Source of the DNA: Candidatus Pelagibacter ubique HTCC1062
GTDB taxonomy: Bacteria; Pseudomonadota; Alphaproteobacteria; Pelagibacterales; Pelagibacteraceae
Assembly: GCF_000012345.1 (NCBI RefSeq)
Contig: NC_007205.1
Coordinates: forward strand, 210,001-242,000
Reading direction: 5' to 3'
DNA: 32,000 nt
The notes beneath the pieces are model-generated. The model had not been told where the DNA came from. It did not search any database and was given only the letters and a program-made list of their open reading frames with translations. Positions within the stretch are counted from its first letter, which is position 1. Every line of letters starts with the position of its first letter. The position numbers and the translations under genes are program-made. Shown in pieces: positions 8,334-17,374 of this stretch.

Positions 8334-9452
8334 ATGAATATAAATGTGAACATAAAAAATATTATAATTGATAAACCATTAAAATTAGATTGTGGCCAAA
8401 CTATCAATAATTATTCTCTTGCTTATGAGACTTATGGCTCTCTAAATGAGAATAAAGATAATGCTATTCTTATTTTTCATGCCTTGACTGGTGATCAATT
8501 TGTATCTGGAATAAATCCAATTACTAAAAAAGAAGGTTGGTGGTCTTATGCTGTTGGGTCTGGTAAAGCTATTGATACTGATAAATACTTTGTAATTTGT
8601 GCAAATGTTATTGGTGGCTGTATGGGCTCGTATGGTCCCAGTGAAATTAACCCTGATACCAATAAAAAATATGGCACTACTTTTCCTGTTATTACTATTA
8701 ATGACATGGTTAACGCGCAATTTAATCTCTTAAATTTTTTTAATATTGAAAAATTATTTGCTGTTATGGGTGGATCAATGGGTGGTATGCAGACACTTCA
8801 ATTCGTTAATAACTTCCCTGATAAAGCAAAAGTTGCTATTCCAATAGCCTGTACAGCTAGTCATTCGGCACAGAACATTGCTTTTAATGAACTTGGTAGA
8901 CAATCAATTATGGCTGATGCTAATTGGGAGAACGGTGATTATTCCAATCAAAATAAAAATCCTAATAAAGGATTATCTGTTGCAAGAATGGCTGCACATA
9001 TAACTTATTTGTCTAAAAATGGTCTTCAGGAAAAATTTGGAAGGAAGTTACAAGAAAGAGATGATCTGAAATTTGGTTTTGATGCTGACTTTCAAATTGA
9101 AAGCTACTTAAGATATCAAGGATCTGTATTTGTTGATAGATTTGACGCCAATAGCTACCTATACATAACAAGAGCAATGGACTATTTTGATCTAGTAAAA
9201 GAACATCATGGTAATTTATCTAAAGCATTTGAAAAAACTAAAACTAAGTTTCTTATTATATCTTTTACTTCTGATTGGCTTTATCCAACCTCTGAAAATA
9301 AAGAAATTGTTATAGCCTTAAATGCTATAGGTGCTGAGGTCGGATTTGTTGAAATTGAATCTGACAAAGGGCACGATTCATTCCTTTTAAAAGTTCCTAA
9401 ATTTTTAAATACTCTAGGTGACTATATTAAAACAGCTTATTCTAAAAACTAA
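8334..9452 (+). CDS. metX: Homoserine O-acetyltransferase
   Basis: 372 aa alpha/beta hydrolase with the nucleophile elbow GGSMGGMQ, a conserved N-terminal region (ETYGSLN...NAILIFHALTGD) and a C-terminal GHDSFL. Confidence 0.93.
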   Translation: MNINVNIKNIIIDKPLKLDCGQTINNYSLAYETYGSLNENKDNAILIFHALTGDQFVSGINPITKKEGWWSYAVGSGKAIDTDKYFVICANVIGGCMGSYGPSEINPDTNKKYGTTFPVITINDMVNAQFNLLNFFNIEKLFAVMGGSMGGMQTLQFVNNFPDKAKVAIPIACTASHSAQNIAFNELGRQSIMADANWENGDYSNQNKNPNKGLSVARMAAHITYLSKNGLQEKFGRKLQERDDLKFGFDADFQIESYLRYQGSVFVDRFDANSYLYITRAMDYFDLVKEHHGNLSKAFEKTKTKFLIISFTSDWLYPTSENKEIVIALNAIGAEVGFVEIESDKGHDSFLLKVPKFLNTLGDYIKTAYSKN

Positions 9453-9454
9453 AC

Positions 9455-10051
9455 ATGAAACAAGAATTTAAAATAATCTTCGATTTAATTGAAAAAAATA
9501 CTAGAGTTTTAGATGTGGGGTGTGGAGATGGCATATTAATGGAATATCTTAAGTATAATAAAGAAATAGACATAAGAGGAATAGAAATCTCAAAAGATAA
9601 TGTTCAAAAATGTTTATCAAAAGGACTAACTGTTATCGAAGGTGATGCAGAAAAAGATCTTTTACAATTTCCTGACAGTTCCTTTGATTTCGTTATTTTA
9701 AGTCAAACATTACAAGCATTTTTAAATCCTGAAATAGTTATCAAAGAACTATTAAGAGTTGGCAAAAAAGCTATTGTTACAATACCTAATTTTGGTTTTT
9801 GGAAGGTTAGACTTCACCTATTAATTAAAGGAACAATGCCAATTACAAAAAATTTACCTGATGAGTGGTACAATACTCCCAACCTTCATATGTGTACTAT
9901 AAAAGATTTTTATAATTTTTGTGAAAATAGAAAAATTAAATTAGATAAATCATTAGCTCTACATAACGAAAAGATATCTTCTATTAATAGACTTAATCTA
10001 AATACTAAAAATTTGTCTGCAGAATTGGGTATTTTTTTAATTGAAAGTTAA
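9455..10051 (+). CDS. metW: Methionine biosynthesis protein MetW
   Basis: 198 aa. It has a SAM-MTase-like VLDVGCGDG motif plus the MetW-specific stretch ILSQTLQA...RVGKKAIVTIPNFGFWKVR...MPITKNLPDEWYNTPNLHMCTIKDF. It lies 2 nt downstream of metX, the canonical metXW pair. Confidence 0.9.
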   Translation: MKQEFKIIFDLIEKNTRVLDVGCGDGILMEYLKYNKEIDIRGIEISKDNVQKCLSKGLTVIEGDAEKDLLQFPDSSFDFVILSQTLQAFLNPEIVIKELLRVGKKAIVTIPNFGFWKVRLHLLIKGTMPITKNLPDEWYNTPNLHMCTIKDFYNFCENRKIKLDKSLALHNEKISSINRLNLNTKNLSAELGIFLIES

Positions 10052-10771
10052 ATGGAAATTCAAATAATACGTTGTCTACAGGATAATTATTCTTATCTAA
10101 TTGTTGATAAAGCTAAAAATATTGCATGTGTGATTGACCCTAGTGAAGCAAAACCTGTTATCAAATATTTGGAAGATAAAAATATACATTTAAAATATAT
10201 ATTAAATACACATCATCATTATGATCATGTTGGGGGAAATAAAGAATTAAAAGAAAAATATGGAGCTAGTGTTATTGGATACAAAGGAGACAAAGATAGA
10301 ATTCCAGAAATAGATATACTTGTTGGTGATCAGGACATTTGGCACGAAGAAAATTTCCAGGCTAAAATATTTCATATACCTGGTCATACCCTTGGCCATA
10401 TATGTTTTTATTTTTATAATGAAGAGTCTGTTTTTACTGGAGACACCCTCTTTTCACTTGGTTGTGGGAAAATTTTTGAAGGAACATACTCACAGATGTA
10501 TAATTCATTAATGAAAATAAAAGCTCTACCAGAAAAAACTAAGATCTATTGTGGACATGAGTATACCAAACAAAACTCTAAATTTTGTATTGCTCATGAC
10601 CAAGACAATGAAAACCTTAAAGTTAAGATTAAACTTATAGATGAAAAATTAGAAAAAAACCTACCTACTATTCCATCTACGATTAAAGAAGAATTAGAGT
10701 GCAATATTTTTCTTAGATCGGGTACAGAGGAAAACTTTTCAAAATTGAGAGATTTAAAGGACAATTTTTAG
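10052..10771 (+). CDS. gloB: Hydroxyacylglutathione hydrolase (glyoxalase II), metallo-beta-lactamase fold
   Basis: 239 aa with the THHHYDHVGG metal-binding motif, the HIPGHTLGH and CGHEYT motifs, and a C-terminal NIFLR segment typical of GloB. The ATG immediately follows the metW stop. Confidence 0.88.
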   Translation: MEIQIIRCLQDNYSYLIVDKAKNIACVIDPSEAKPVIKYLEDKNIHLKYILNTHHHYDHVGGNKELKEKYGASVIGYKGDKDRIPEIDILVGDQDIWHEENFQAKIFHIPGHTLGHICFYFYNEESVFTGDTLFSLGCGKIFEGTYSQMYNSLMKIKALPEKTKIYCGHEYTKQNSKFCIAHDQDNENLKVKIKLIDEKLEKNLPTIPSTIKEELECNIFLRSGTEENFSKLRDLKDNF

Positions 10772-10782
10772 CTTATTCGCGC

Positions 10783-10810
10783 TTGACTATAATTTGGTCA
10801 AGACTATATT
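10783..10810 (+). promoter_or_regulatory. Candidate sigma70-type promoter for rplU-rpmA-obg...
   Basis: TTGACT (10783-10788), a 16-nt spacer, then TATATT (10805-10810), about 27 nt upstream of the rplU ATG. A perfect TATAAT also occurs at 10788-10793. The region contains the inverted repeat CTTGAC-N9-GTCAAG (10782-10802). Confidence 0.4.
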
Positions 10811-10836
10811 GCTGATTATAAAAAACAGATTAAACA

Positions 10837-11241
10837 ATGTCATACGCAATAATACAAACAGGTGGAAAACAGTACAAAGTTAAAGCTGGTGAAATCCTTA
10901 AAATTGAAAGATTAGAAGATTCTAAACCTGAAACTAAAATCGAATTTAAAGAAATCCTAGCTTATGGAGATGATAAAACTATTGAAGTTGGTTCTCCAGT
11001 AGTTGAAGGTGCAAAAGTTGAAGCCGACCTTGTAGAAAATGGTAAAAATAGAACTATTTTAATATTTAAAAAAAGAAGAAGACAGAATTCAAGAAGAAAA
11101 AATGGTCATAGACAACAGTATTCATTAATTAGAATTAGCAAAATTTTTTCAAAAGATGGTAAAGTTTTATCAGAAGCTGAGAAAATGGTAAAACCAACTA
11201 AAAAAGTTGAAAAAGTTGAGACTGAAGTAGCAAGCAAATAA
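10837..11241 (+). CDS. rplU: 50S ribosomal protein L21 (with Lys/Glu-rich C-terminal extension)
   Basis: The N-terminus MSYAIIQTGGKQYKVKAGE and the FKKRRRQNSRRKNGHRQ segment are canonical for L21. About 30 extra C-terminal residues are present. Confidence 0.95.
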   Translation: MSYAIIQTGGKQYKVKAGEILKIERLEDSKPETKIEFKEILAYGDDKTIEVGSPVVEGAKVEADLVENGKNRTILIFKKRRRQNSRRKNGHRQQYSLIRISKIFSKDGKVLSEAEKMVKPTKKVEKVETEVASK

Positions 11242-11253
11242 ATTAGGTAAATT

Positions 11254-11508
11254 ATGGCAACAAAAAAAGCAGGTGGATCATCGAGAAACGGACGAGATAG
11301 TGCCGGTCGTAGACTTGGCGTTAAAAAGTATGGTGGTGAAGTAGTAATTCCTGGAAACATAATTGTAAGACAAAGAGGCACAAAAATTTTTCCTGGTGAA
11401 AACGTGGGGATGGGTAAAGATCATTCAATTTTTTCTGTTGTTGAAGGAAAAGTTGTTTTCAAAAAGGGTAAATCAGATAGAACATTCGTTTCAGTAAAGC
11501 CCAATTAG
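11254..11508 (+). CDS. rpmA: 50S ribosomal protein L27
   Basis: [28 protein letters not shown]...IIVRQRGTK is canonical L27. An AGGT Shine-Dalgarno-like element sits in the 12-nt spacer. Confidence 0.96.
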   Translation: MATKKAGGSSRNGRDSAGRRLGVKKYGGEVVIPGNIIVRQRGTKIFPGENVGMGKDHSIFSVVEGKVVFKKGKSDRTFVSVKPN

Positions 11509-11538
11509 TAGTACAACTAAAAAACTAAGAGTTGTATT

Positions 11539-12522
11539 ATGAAGTTTCTAGATCAAGTTAAAATTTATGTAAAAGCAGGCAATGGAGGACATGGATCTCC
11601 TAGCTTCCGTAGAGAAAAATTTATTGAATACGGCGGACCTGATGGTGGCGATGGAGGTAAAGGTGGCACCATATATCTTAGGTCAGAAAGAAATTTAAAT
11701 ACTCTTATCGATTATAGATTTCAACAACACCATAAAGCAGGAAGAGGAGTTAATGGCTCTGGACAAAATCGTACAGGTCACAGTGGAGAAGATTTAATTT
11801 TAAAAGTTCCAATAGGTACGCAAGTTTTTGAAGAGGATAATAAAACCTTAATTTATGATTTTAAAAAAGAAGGTGAAGAATTTATTGTAGCCAATGGTGG
11901 TAAAGGTGGTCTAGGAAATACTCGATTTAAAAGTTCCACTAATAGAGCTCCCAAAAAATTTACTAAAGGTGCGCCAGGTGAAGAGTATGTAATCTGGCTT
12001 CAGTTAAAAACTATTGCTGATGTTGGTATTGTTGGACTACCTAATGCAGGTAAATCAAGCTTACTAGCTTCCATTACAAATGCGATGCCTAAAATTGCTA
12101 ACTATAAATTTACAACATTAAATCCAAATCTTGGTGTTGCAAGTTATGATGATAAAGAAATAACTCTAGCTGATATTCCTGGATTGGTTGAAGGTGCGCA
12201 CGAGGGTGTAGGTCTTGGTATTCAATTTTTAAAACACATAGAAAGATGCAAAACTTTAATGCATTTAATAGATATTACTGATGAGGACCTTGAAAATACG
12301 TATAAACAAGTTCGAAATGAGTTGGGGAGTTACAGTAAAGATTTACTAGAAAAAAAAGAGATAATTGTATTAAATAAGACAGACTTATTAGAAGAAGAAG
12401 AAGTGAAAGAAATTTTAAAAAATTTTTCTAAAAATAAAGATTCTGAGGTGGTTACACTCTCAACATTAGAAAAAGGCTCAATATCTAGAATTAAAGCTAA
12501 ATTGCTCTCTTATGTATCTTAA
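11539..12522 (+). CDS. obg: GTPase Obg/CgtA
   Basis: It has the Gly-rich Obg fold (GGPDGGDGGKGG, ANGGKGGLGN) and the GTPase motifs G1 GLPNAGKSS, G3 DIPGLVEGA and G4 NKTD. It follows rplU-rpmA as in most bacteria. Confidence 0.95.
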   Translation: MKFLDQVKIYVKAGNGGHGSPSFRREKFIEYGGPDGGDGGKGGTIYLRSERNLNTLIDYRFQQHHKAGRGVNGSGQNRTGHSGEDLILKVPIGTQVFEEDNKTLIYDFKKEGEEFIVANGGKGGLGNTRFKSSTNRAPKKFTKGAPGEEYVIWLQLKTIADVGIVGLPNAGKSSLLASITNAMPKIANYKFTTLNPNLGVASYDDKEITLADIPGLVEGAHEGVGLGIQFLKHIERCKTLMHLIDITDEDLENTYKQVRNELGSYSKDLLEKKEIIVLNKTDLLEEEEVKEILKNFSKNKDSEVVTLSTLEKGSISRIKAKLLSYVS

Positions 12523-13618
12523 AGATTCTAAAATAATTGTAATTAAGATTGGTTCATCCTTGTTAATAGACGACAAAAAAAAAGTAAGGAGAAAATGGCT
12601 TACTGAATTTGCTAAAGATATTCAGGAATTAATAAAACAGAATAAAAAGGTTATTATTGTAAGCTCTGGAGCAATAGCAATGGGTTGCAAAAAACTAAAT
12701 ATTAGCAAAAAAAACCTTAAGATTGATAAAAGTCAGGCTGTTGCTTCTATTGGGCAAATTGAACTAATGAACTTATTTTCAGAAACATTTGTTAAATTAA
12801 AAATTAATATTTCTCAAATTCTTCTCACTCTAGAAGATACAGAACAAAGAAGAAGAGCCCTTAACGCAAAAAGAACTTTTGATAATTTATTTAAACTGGG
12901 CTTTGTACCAATAGTAAATGAAAATGATACTATCGCTACTTCAGAGATTAAGTATGGTGATAATGACAGATTAGCATCTCGTGTTGCACAAATATCAGGT
13001 GCAGACTCCCTTATTTTGCTTTCTGATGTAGATGGTCTTTATACACATAATCCAAAAATATATAAAAATGCAAAATTAATAAAAGAAATAAGAAATATAG
13101 ATAAAGATATAGAAAAAATAGCGACCAAAAGTATTAGTGAGCATGGAACGGGTGGCATGAAAACTAAAATAGATGCTGCTAAAATCTGTCAATTATCAGG
13201 ATGCCAAATGGTAATAGCAAATGGCTTGGTTAACCGACCTATTAAAAAAATAACTGAAGAGAATAAATGTACATGGTTTTTACCTAAGGTTTCAAAATTA
13301 GATGCTAGAAAAAAATGGATTATCAGCTCTGTTTCACCTAAAGGTGCCCTGATTATTGATGATGGTGCGAAACAAGCACTTTCAAATGGTAAAAGTTTAT
13401 TAGCAGCAGGAATAAAAAAAGTATCTGGGCGATTTAGTAAAGGAGATCATATTAAAGTTTTAGATAAAAATAATTATGAATGTGCAAGAGGACTTAGCTC
13501 TTTTTCATCTAATGAAATAGAAAAAATAATGGGTCACCACTCAAAAGAAATAGAAAAATTACTAGGATATATTTCCAAATCAGAAGTAATTCATAAAGAT
13601 GATATAGTAGAGGTATAG
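12512..13618 (+). CDS. proB: Glutamate 5-kinase (with C-terminal PUA domain)
   Basis: The amino-acid kinase fold shows in IVIKIGSS, VSSGAIA, NENDT and GDNDRLAS. The C-terminal part is PUA-like (GALIIDDGA...GDHIKVLD). It overlaps obg by 11 nt. Confidence 0.93.
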   Translation: MYLKDSKIIVIKIGSSLLIDDKKKVRRKWLTEFAKDIQELIKQNKKVIIVSSGAIAMGCKKLNISKKNLKIDKSQAVASIGQIELMNLFSETFVKLKINISQILLTLEDTEQRRRALNAKRTFDNLFKLGFVPIVNENDTIATSEIKYGDNDRLASRVAQISGADSLILLSDVDGLYTHNPKIYKNAKLIKEIRNIDKDIEKIATKSISEHGTGGMKTKIDAAKICQLSGCQMVIANGLVNRPIKKITEENKCTWFLPKVSKLDARKKWIISSVSPKGALIIDDGAKQALSNGKSLLAAGIKKVSGRFSKGDHIKVLDKNNYECARGLSSFSSNEIEKIMGHHSKEIEKLLGYISKSEVIHKDDIVEV

Positions 13619-13619
13619 A

Positions 13620-14870
13620 ATGAGCAGATATATGAGATTAATAGGTCAAAATGCAAGAAAGGTATCACTTGATAAAGTTAATTCAAAAACTAAAAATAAA
13701 GTTTTAAAAAAATATGCTTTCTTATTAGGCAAAGAAAAAAAATCTATATTTAAAGCTAATCAAAAAGATATTCAATTTGCTCTAAACAAGGGCCTAAAAA
13801 GTAATCTGATAGAAAGATTAACTATTGATGAAAAAAAGTTAATAGGCATAAAAAATTCTATAAATAAAATTGCTAAATTGAAAGATCCTGTTGATGCTAC
13901 TTTAGAAAAATGGAGCAGACCAAATGGTTTAACAATTAGCAGAGTGTCTATACCTATTGGTGTTATAGGTGTTGTTTATGAAAGCAGGCCCAACGTTACA
14001 GCTGATGTTGCAAGTTTATGCTTTAAATCTGGAAATGCTGTAATTTTAAAGGGTGGCTCTGAAGCTATAAATACTAATAAAATTTTAGCAAAACTATTTC
14101 GAAAGTCGCTTAAGGAAACTAGAGTGAATGAAAACTTTATTCAATTTATAGACTCTAAAGACAGAAAAATGGTCGACTTTATGCTTTCAAAAATGAAAGA
14201 TTATATTGATGTAATAATACCTCGTGGTGGAAAAAATTTAGTAAAAAGAGTTCAACAATTTTCTAACGTCCCTATTATCGGTCACTTGGAAGGTCTTTGT
14301 CATACTTTTATTGATAAAGATGCCAATCTAAAGATGGCTACAAACGTTACCTATAATGCGAAACTAAGAAACACTAGTATTTGTGGCGCTACTGAAACAA
14401 TTTTGATGCATGAAAAAATTGTTAAGAAATTCTGTAACCCAATTTTAAAAAAGTTAGAAGAAAATAACTGCAAAATTTATGGAGATCGTTTTTTGAAAAA
14501 ATATTACAAGGGAAAGATTTATCCAGCAAAAGAAAAGGATTGGTCTACTGAATATTTATCATCAACAGTGTCTGTAAAAACAGTTAAAGATTGTGACGAT
14601 GCTATTAGCCATATTAATAAATATGGGACTATGCACACTGACTCTATCATTACTAAAAATAAAAAAACTGCAAATAAATTCTTAAAAAATGTTAAAAGTT
14701 CAATAGCAATGCATAACACATCTACTCAATTTGCTGATGGTGGTGAATTTGGTTTTGGTGGTGAGGTTGGCATTTCAACAAATACTTTACCTCCACGAGG
14801 ACCTGTTGGATTAGGGCAGCTCGTTTCATACAAATACGAAATTATTAGTAATGGTAAAACCAGAAAATAA
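13620..14870 (+). CDS. proA: Gamma-glutamyl phosphate reductase
   Basis: 416 aa of the aldehyde dehydrogenase family, with VIGVVYESRPNVT, ILKGGSEA, IIPRGG and the catalytic-Cys region NTSICGATETIL. It starts 1 nt after proB. Confidence 0.93.
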   Translation: MSRYMRLIGQNARKVSLDKVNSKTKNKVLKKYAFLLGKEKKSIFKANQKDIQFALNKGLKSNLIERLTIDEKKLIGIKNSINKIAKLKDPVDATLEKWSRPNGLTISRVSIPIGVIGVVYESRPNVTADVASLCFKSGNAVILKGGSEAINTNKILAKLFRKSLKETRVNENFIQFIDSKDRKMVDFMLSKMKDYIDVIIPRGGKNLVKRVQQFSNVPIIGHLEGLCHTFIDKDANLKMATNVTYNAKLRNTSICGATETILMHEKIVKKFCNPILKKLEENNCKIYGDRFLKKYYKGKIYPAKEKDWSTEYLSSTVSVKTVKDCDDAISHINKYGTMHTDSIITKNKKTANKFLKNVKSSIAMHNTSTQFADGGEFGFGGEVGISTNTLPPRGPVGLGQLVSYKYEIISNGKTRK

Positions 14871-15393
14871 CTTAAATCAAAAAAAGACAAAAATTGGAAT
14901 CTTGGGGGGAACTTTTGATCCTGCTCACAAAGGTCATTTAGAAATTTCTAAACAGGCTAAAAAAATATTAGAATTAAAAAATATTATATGGGCAATTACT
15001 AAACAAAACCCATTTAAAAATACAAGTAAAACAGATCTAAAAAATAGAATAAAATTTGCAAAAAAAATTATTGGTAAAAATAATTTTATTAAAGTAAAAT
15101 TTTATGAGGAAAAAGTTCTCTCCAATAAAACAATTGACCTCATCAATTACTTAAATAAAGATAAAAAATTTGAGATCTATTTTATTATGGGTGCTGACAA
15201 TCTAATCAATTTTCATAAATGGTATAAATGGAAATCCATTATAAAAAAATGCAATCTACTTGTATTTGATCGACAGGGATATAAAGCTAAATCGCTAAAG
15301 TCTGTGACCTATAACGGTGTAAATAAAAATAGATTATCTTTTATTAATTTTAAAAAGGTTAATATTTCATCTTCTCAATTAAGAAAAATTTGA
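14851..15393 (+). CDS. nadD: Nicotinate-nucleotide adenylyltransferase
   Basis: The nucleotidyltransferase motif GILGGTFDPAHKGH and the C-terminal ISSSQLR motif are present. The predicted ATG overlaps the proA 3' end by 20 nt. Confidence 0.88.
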   Translation: MVKPENNLNQKKTKIGILGGTFDPAHKGHLEISKQAKKILELKNIIWAITKQNPFKNTSKTDLKNRIKFAKKIIGKNNFIKVKFYEEKVLSNKTIDLINYLNKDKKFEIYFIMGADNLINFHKWYKWKSIIKKCNLLVFDRQGYKAKSLKSVTYNGVNKNRLSFINFKKVNISSSQLRKI

Positions 15394-15761
15394 TAAGGTT
15401 AAATAAATTAATGGAAAAAAACATAGACCTTAAAGATTTAATCCTAAAAACCCTAGATTCTAATAAAGCCCTAGATATTATTTCAATAGATCTTAAAAAT
15501 AAAAGTTCAATGGCTGACTATATGATTATAGCAAGCGGAACTTCTTCTAGACACATTCAAGCTTTATCTGAAATGGTGCTAGAAAAATTAAAGACCAATG
15601 GAATAAAAAATTCTAAAATTGAAGGAAAAGAAAGTGGTGATTGGAAATTAGTTGATGGTATAGATTTGATTGTTCATATATTTCATCCCGATAAAAGAAA
15701 ATTTTATGAATTAGAAAAAATATGGTCAGAAATCATTCCTAAAGAAAAAGTGATGATATGA
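15390..15761 (+). CDS. rsfS: Ribosome silencing factor RsfS (iojap family)
   Basis: About 116-123 aa with the segment DYMIIASGTSSRHIQAL...WKLVDGIDLIVHIFHPDKRKFYELEKIW typical of RsfS. It sits after nadD as in many bacteria. The start is either TTG at 15390 (TTGA overlap with the nadD stop) or ATG at 15411. Confidence 0.88.
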   Translation: MIRLNKLMEKNIDLKDLILKTLDSNKALDIISIDLKNKSSMADYMIIASGTSSRHIQALSEMVLEKLKTNGIKNSKIEGKESGDWKLVDGIDLIVHIFHPDKRKFYELEKIWSEIIPKEKVMI

Positions 15762-16897
15762 TTTTGACTAAAAGATTTTTTCTTTTTTTTATAATACTAT
15801 TATTTACTTTTCAAAAAAGTTTTTCTGAAAACACCGACTTATATAAAAAAATTGATTTGTTTGGTGAGGTTCTTGAGAAAATTAGCAAAGAATACGTTGA
15901 TGAAGTTGATCAATCAAAAAGTATGGACTCAGCCATAAATGGTTTATTGCAATCTCTTGATCCCTATTCTGCATATATGACACCTGAAAGTTTTGAGGGT
16001 ATGCAAACTGAAACTAGTGGAGAGTTTGGTGGGCTTGGTATTGAAGTTGGCATGGAAGCAGGTGTTGTAAAAGTAATATCACCAATAGATAATACTCCAG
16101 CATCAAAAGCAGGATTAAAAGCTGGTGATTATATTGTAAAAATTAATAATACCCAGGTCCAAGGCAAAACATTAATGCAAGCAGTAGACTTAATGAGGGG
16201 ACCTGTTGGATCAAGTATTGAAATAACAGTTAGAAGAAGAGGTGTAAAAAAAGCATTAATTTTTAATATAACGAGAGAAGTTATTCAGGTTCAGTCTGTA
16301 AAATCTGAACTTATAGATAATAACATTGGCTATATAAGATTAACTTCCTTTAACGAAAATAGCAGTGAGCAAATTAAAGATAAAATTAATGAATTAAATA
16401 AAAAAAAAGATCTAAAGGGTTATATCTTAGATTTAAGAAACAACCCAGGTGGCTTGCTTTCTCAGGCAATTAAAATTTCAGACTTTTTTTTAGAAAATGG
16501 TGAGATTGTATCAACAAGAAGTCGACAAGCTTCAGAGAATAGAAAATGGTTTGCTAAAAAAGGTGATCTAACAAATGGTAAAACACTAATTATACTTATT
16601 AACTATGGATCAGCTTCAGCATCAGAAATAGTAGCTGGTGCATTAAAAGATCATAAAAGAGCTATTATACTTGGAGAAAATAGTTATGGAAAAGGTTCTG
16701 TGCAATCAATAATCCCTTTGAAAAATAGAGGTGCTATTAGATTAACAATCGCAAAATATTATCTCCCTTCAGGAAAATCTATTTCTGAAGTAGGTGTAAC
16801 ACCCGATATAGAAGTTGCAGAAGGTTCGGATGATTTTAAATTTAACTCTGAAACTGATAATCAATTGAATTTTGCAATAAAATTATTCAACGGATAA
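15758..16897 (+). CDS. ctpA: Carboxy-terminal processing protease (S41 family) with PDZ domain
   Basis: It has an N-terminal hydrophobic signal-like segment, a PDZ region (GGLGIEV...PASKAGLKAGDYIVKIN), the motif DLRNNPGG, the catalytic Ser region GSASASEI and the Lys region YGKGSVQ. It overlaps rsfS in an ATGA arrangement. Confidence 0.9.
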   Translation: MILTKRFFLFFIILLFTFQKSFSENTDLYKKIDLFGEVLEKISKEYVDEVDQSKSMDSAINGLLQSLDPYSAYMTPESFEGMQTETSGEFGGLGIEVGMEAGVVKVISPIDNTPASKAGLKAGDYIVKINNTQVQGKTLMQAVDLMRGPVGSSIEITVRRRGVKKALIFNITREVIQVQSVKSELIDNNIGYIRLTSFNENSSEQIKDKINELNKKKDLKGYILDLRNNPGGLLSQAIKISDFFLENGEIVSTRSRQASENRKWFAKKGDLTNGKTLIILINYGSASASEIVAGALKDHKRAIILGENSYGKGSVQSIIPLKNRGAIRLTIAKYYLPSGKSISEVGVTPDIEVAEGSDDFKFNSETDNQLNFAIKLFNG

Positions 16898-17374
16898 ATG
16901 TCAGACAATAAAGTAAATTTACCTCTTAGAAATGGAGTTGGAATTGTTGTCCTGAACAAAGATAATAAAGTTTTTGTTGCAAAAAGGATTGATAATCAAA
17001 AAAATTTTTGGCAGATGCCCCAAGGTGGTGTTGATAAGGGTGAGGACTATTTAACTGCTGCTTACAGAGAGCTAGAAGAAGAAACTAGTATAAAAAATGT
17101 TGAACTAATCAAAGAATGTGATGGATTAATCTCTTATGAATTACCAAAAAACTTACTAGGTATAATTTGGAAAGGTAAATATAGAGGACAGGAACAAAAG
17201 TGGTTTATAATGAGATTTTTAGGACAAGATAATGAGATTGATATTAAAACTAAACACCCTGAATTTTCTGAATGGAAATGGATTGATCTAGAAAATATAA
17301 CTGACCTAGTTGTAGACTTTAAGCTACATGTGTACAAAGATGTTAAAGAAAAAGTAAAAGAAATTCTTAATTAA
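16898..17374 (+). CDS. rppH: RNA pyrophosphohydrolase / Nudix hydrolase (RppH/NudH-InvA type)
   Basis: 158 aa with the Nudix box GGVDKGEDYLTAAYRELEEETSI, a WQMPQGG segment and the QKWF motif typical of RppH. The ATG directly follows the ctpA stop. Confidence 0.85.
   Translation: MSDNKVNLPLRNGVGIVVLNKDNKVFVAKRIDNQKNFWQMPQGGVDKGEDYLTAAYRELEEETSIKNVELIKECDGLISYELPKNLLGIIWKGKYRGQEQKWFIMRFLGQDNEIDIKTKHPEFSEWKWIDLENITDLVVDFKLHVYKDVKEKVKEILN

Noticed and set aside
10782-10802. The inverted repeat CTTGAC-N9-GTCAAG upstream of rplU, considered as a possible operator or ribosomal-protein leader structure.
   Set aside because: It has only 6-bp arms and overlaps the -35/-10-like hexamers, so the similarity may simply reflect two TTGAC-like promoter elements in opposite orientation. 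No known L21 leader family fits, and the 5' UTR would be too short for a structured autoregulatory leader.
11140-11241. A Lys/Glu-rich C-terminal extension of about 30 aa on ribosomal protein L21.
   Set aside because: Charged tails on L21 occur in various bacteria, including alphaproteobacteria. It is a low-complexity sequence with no independent signal, and it is not evidence of a fused or overlapping gene.
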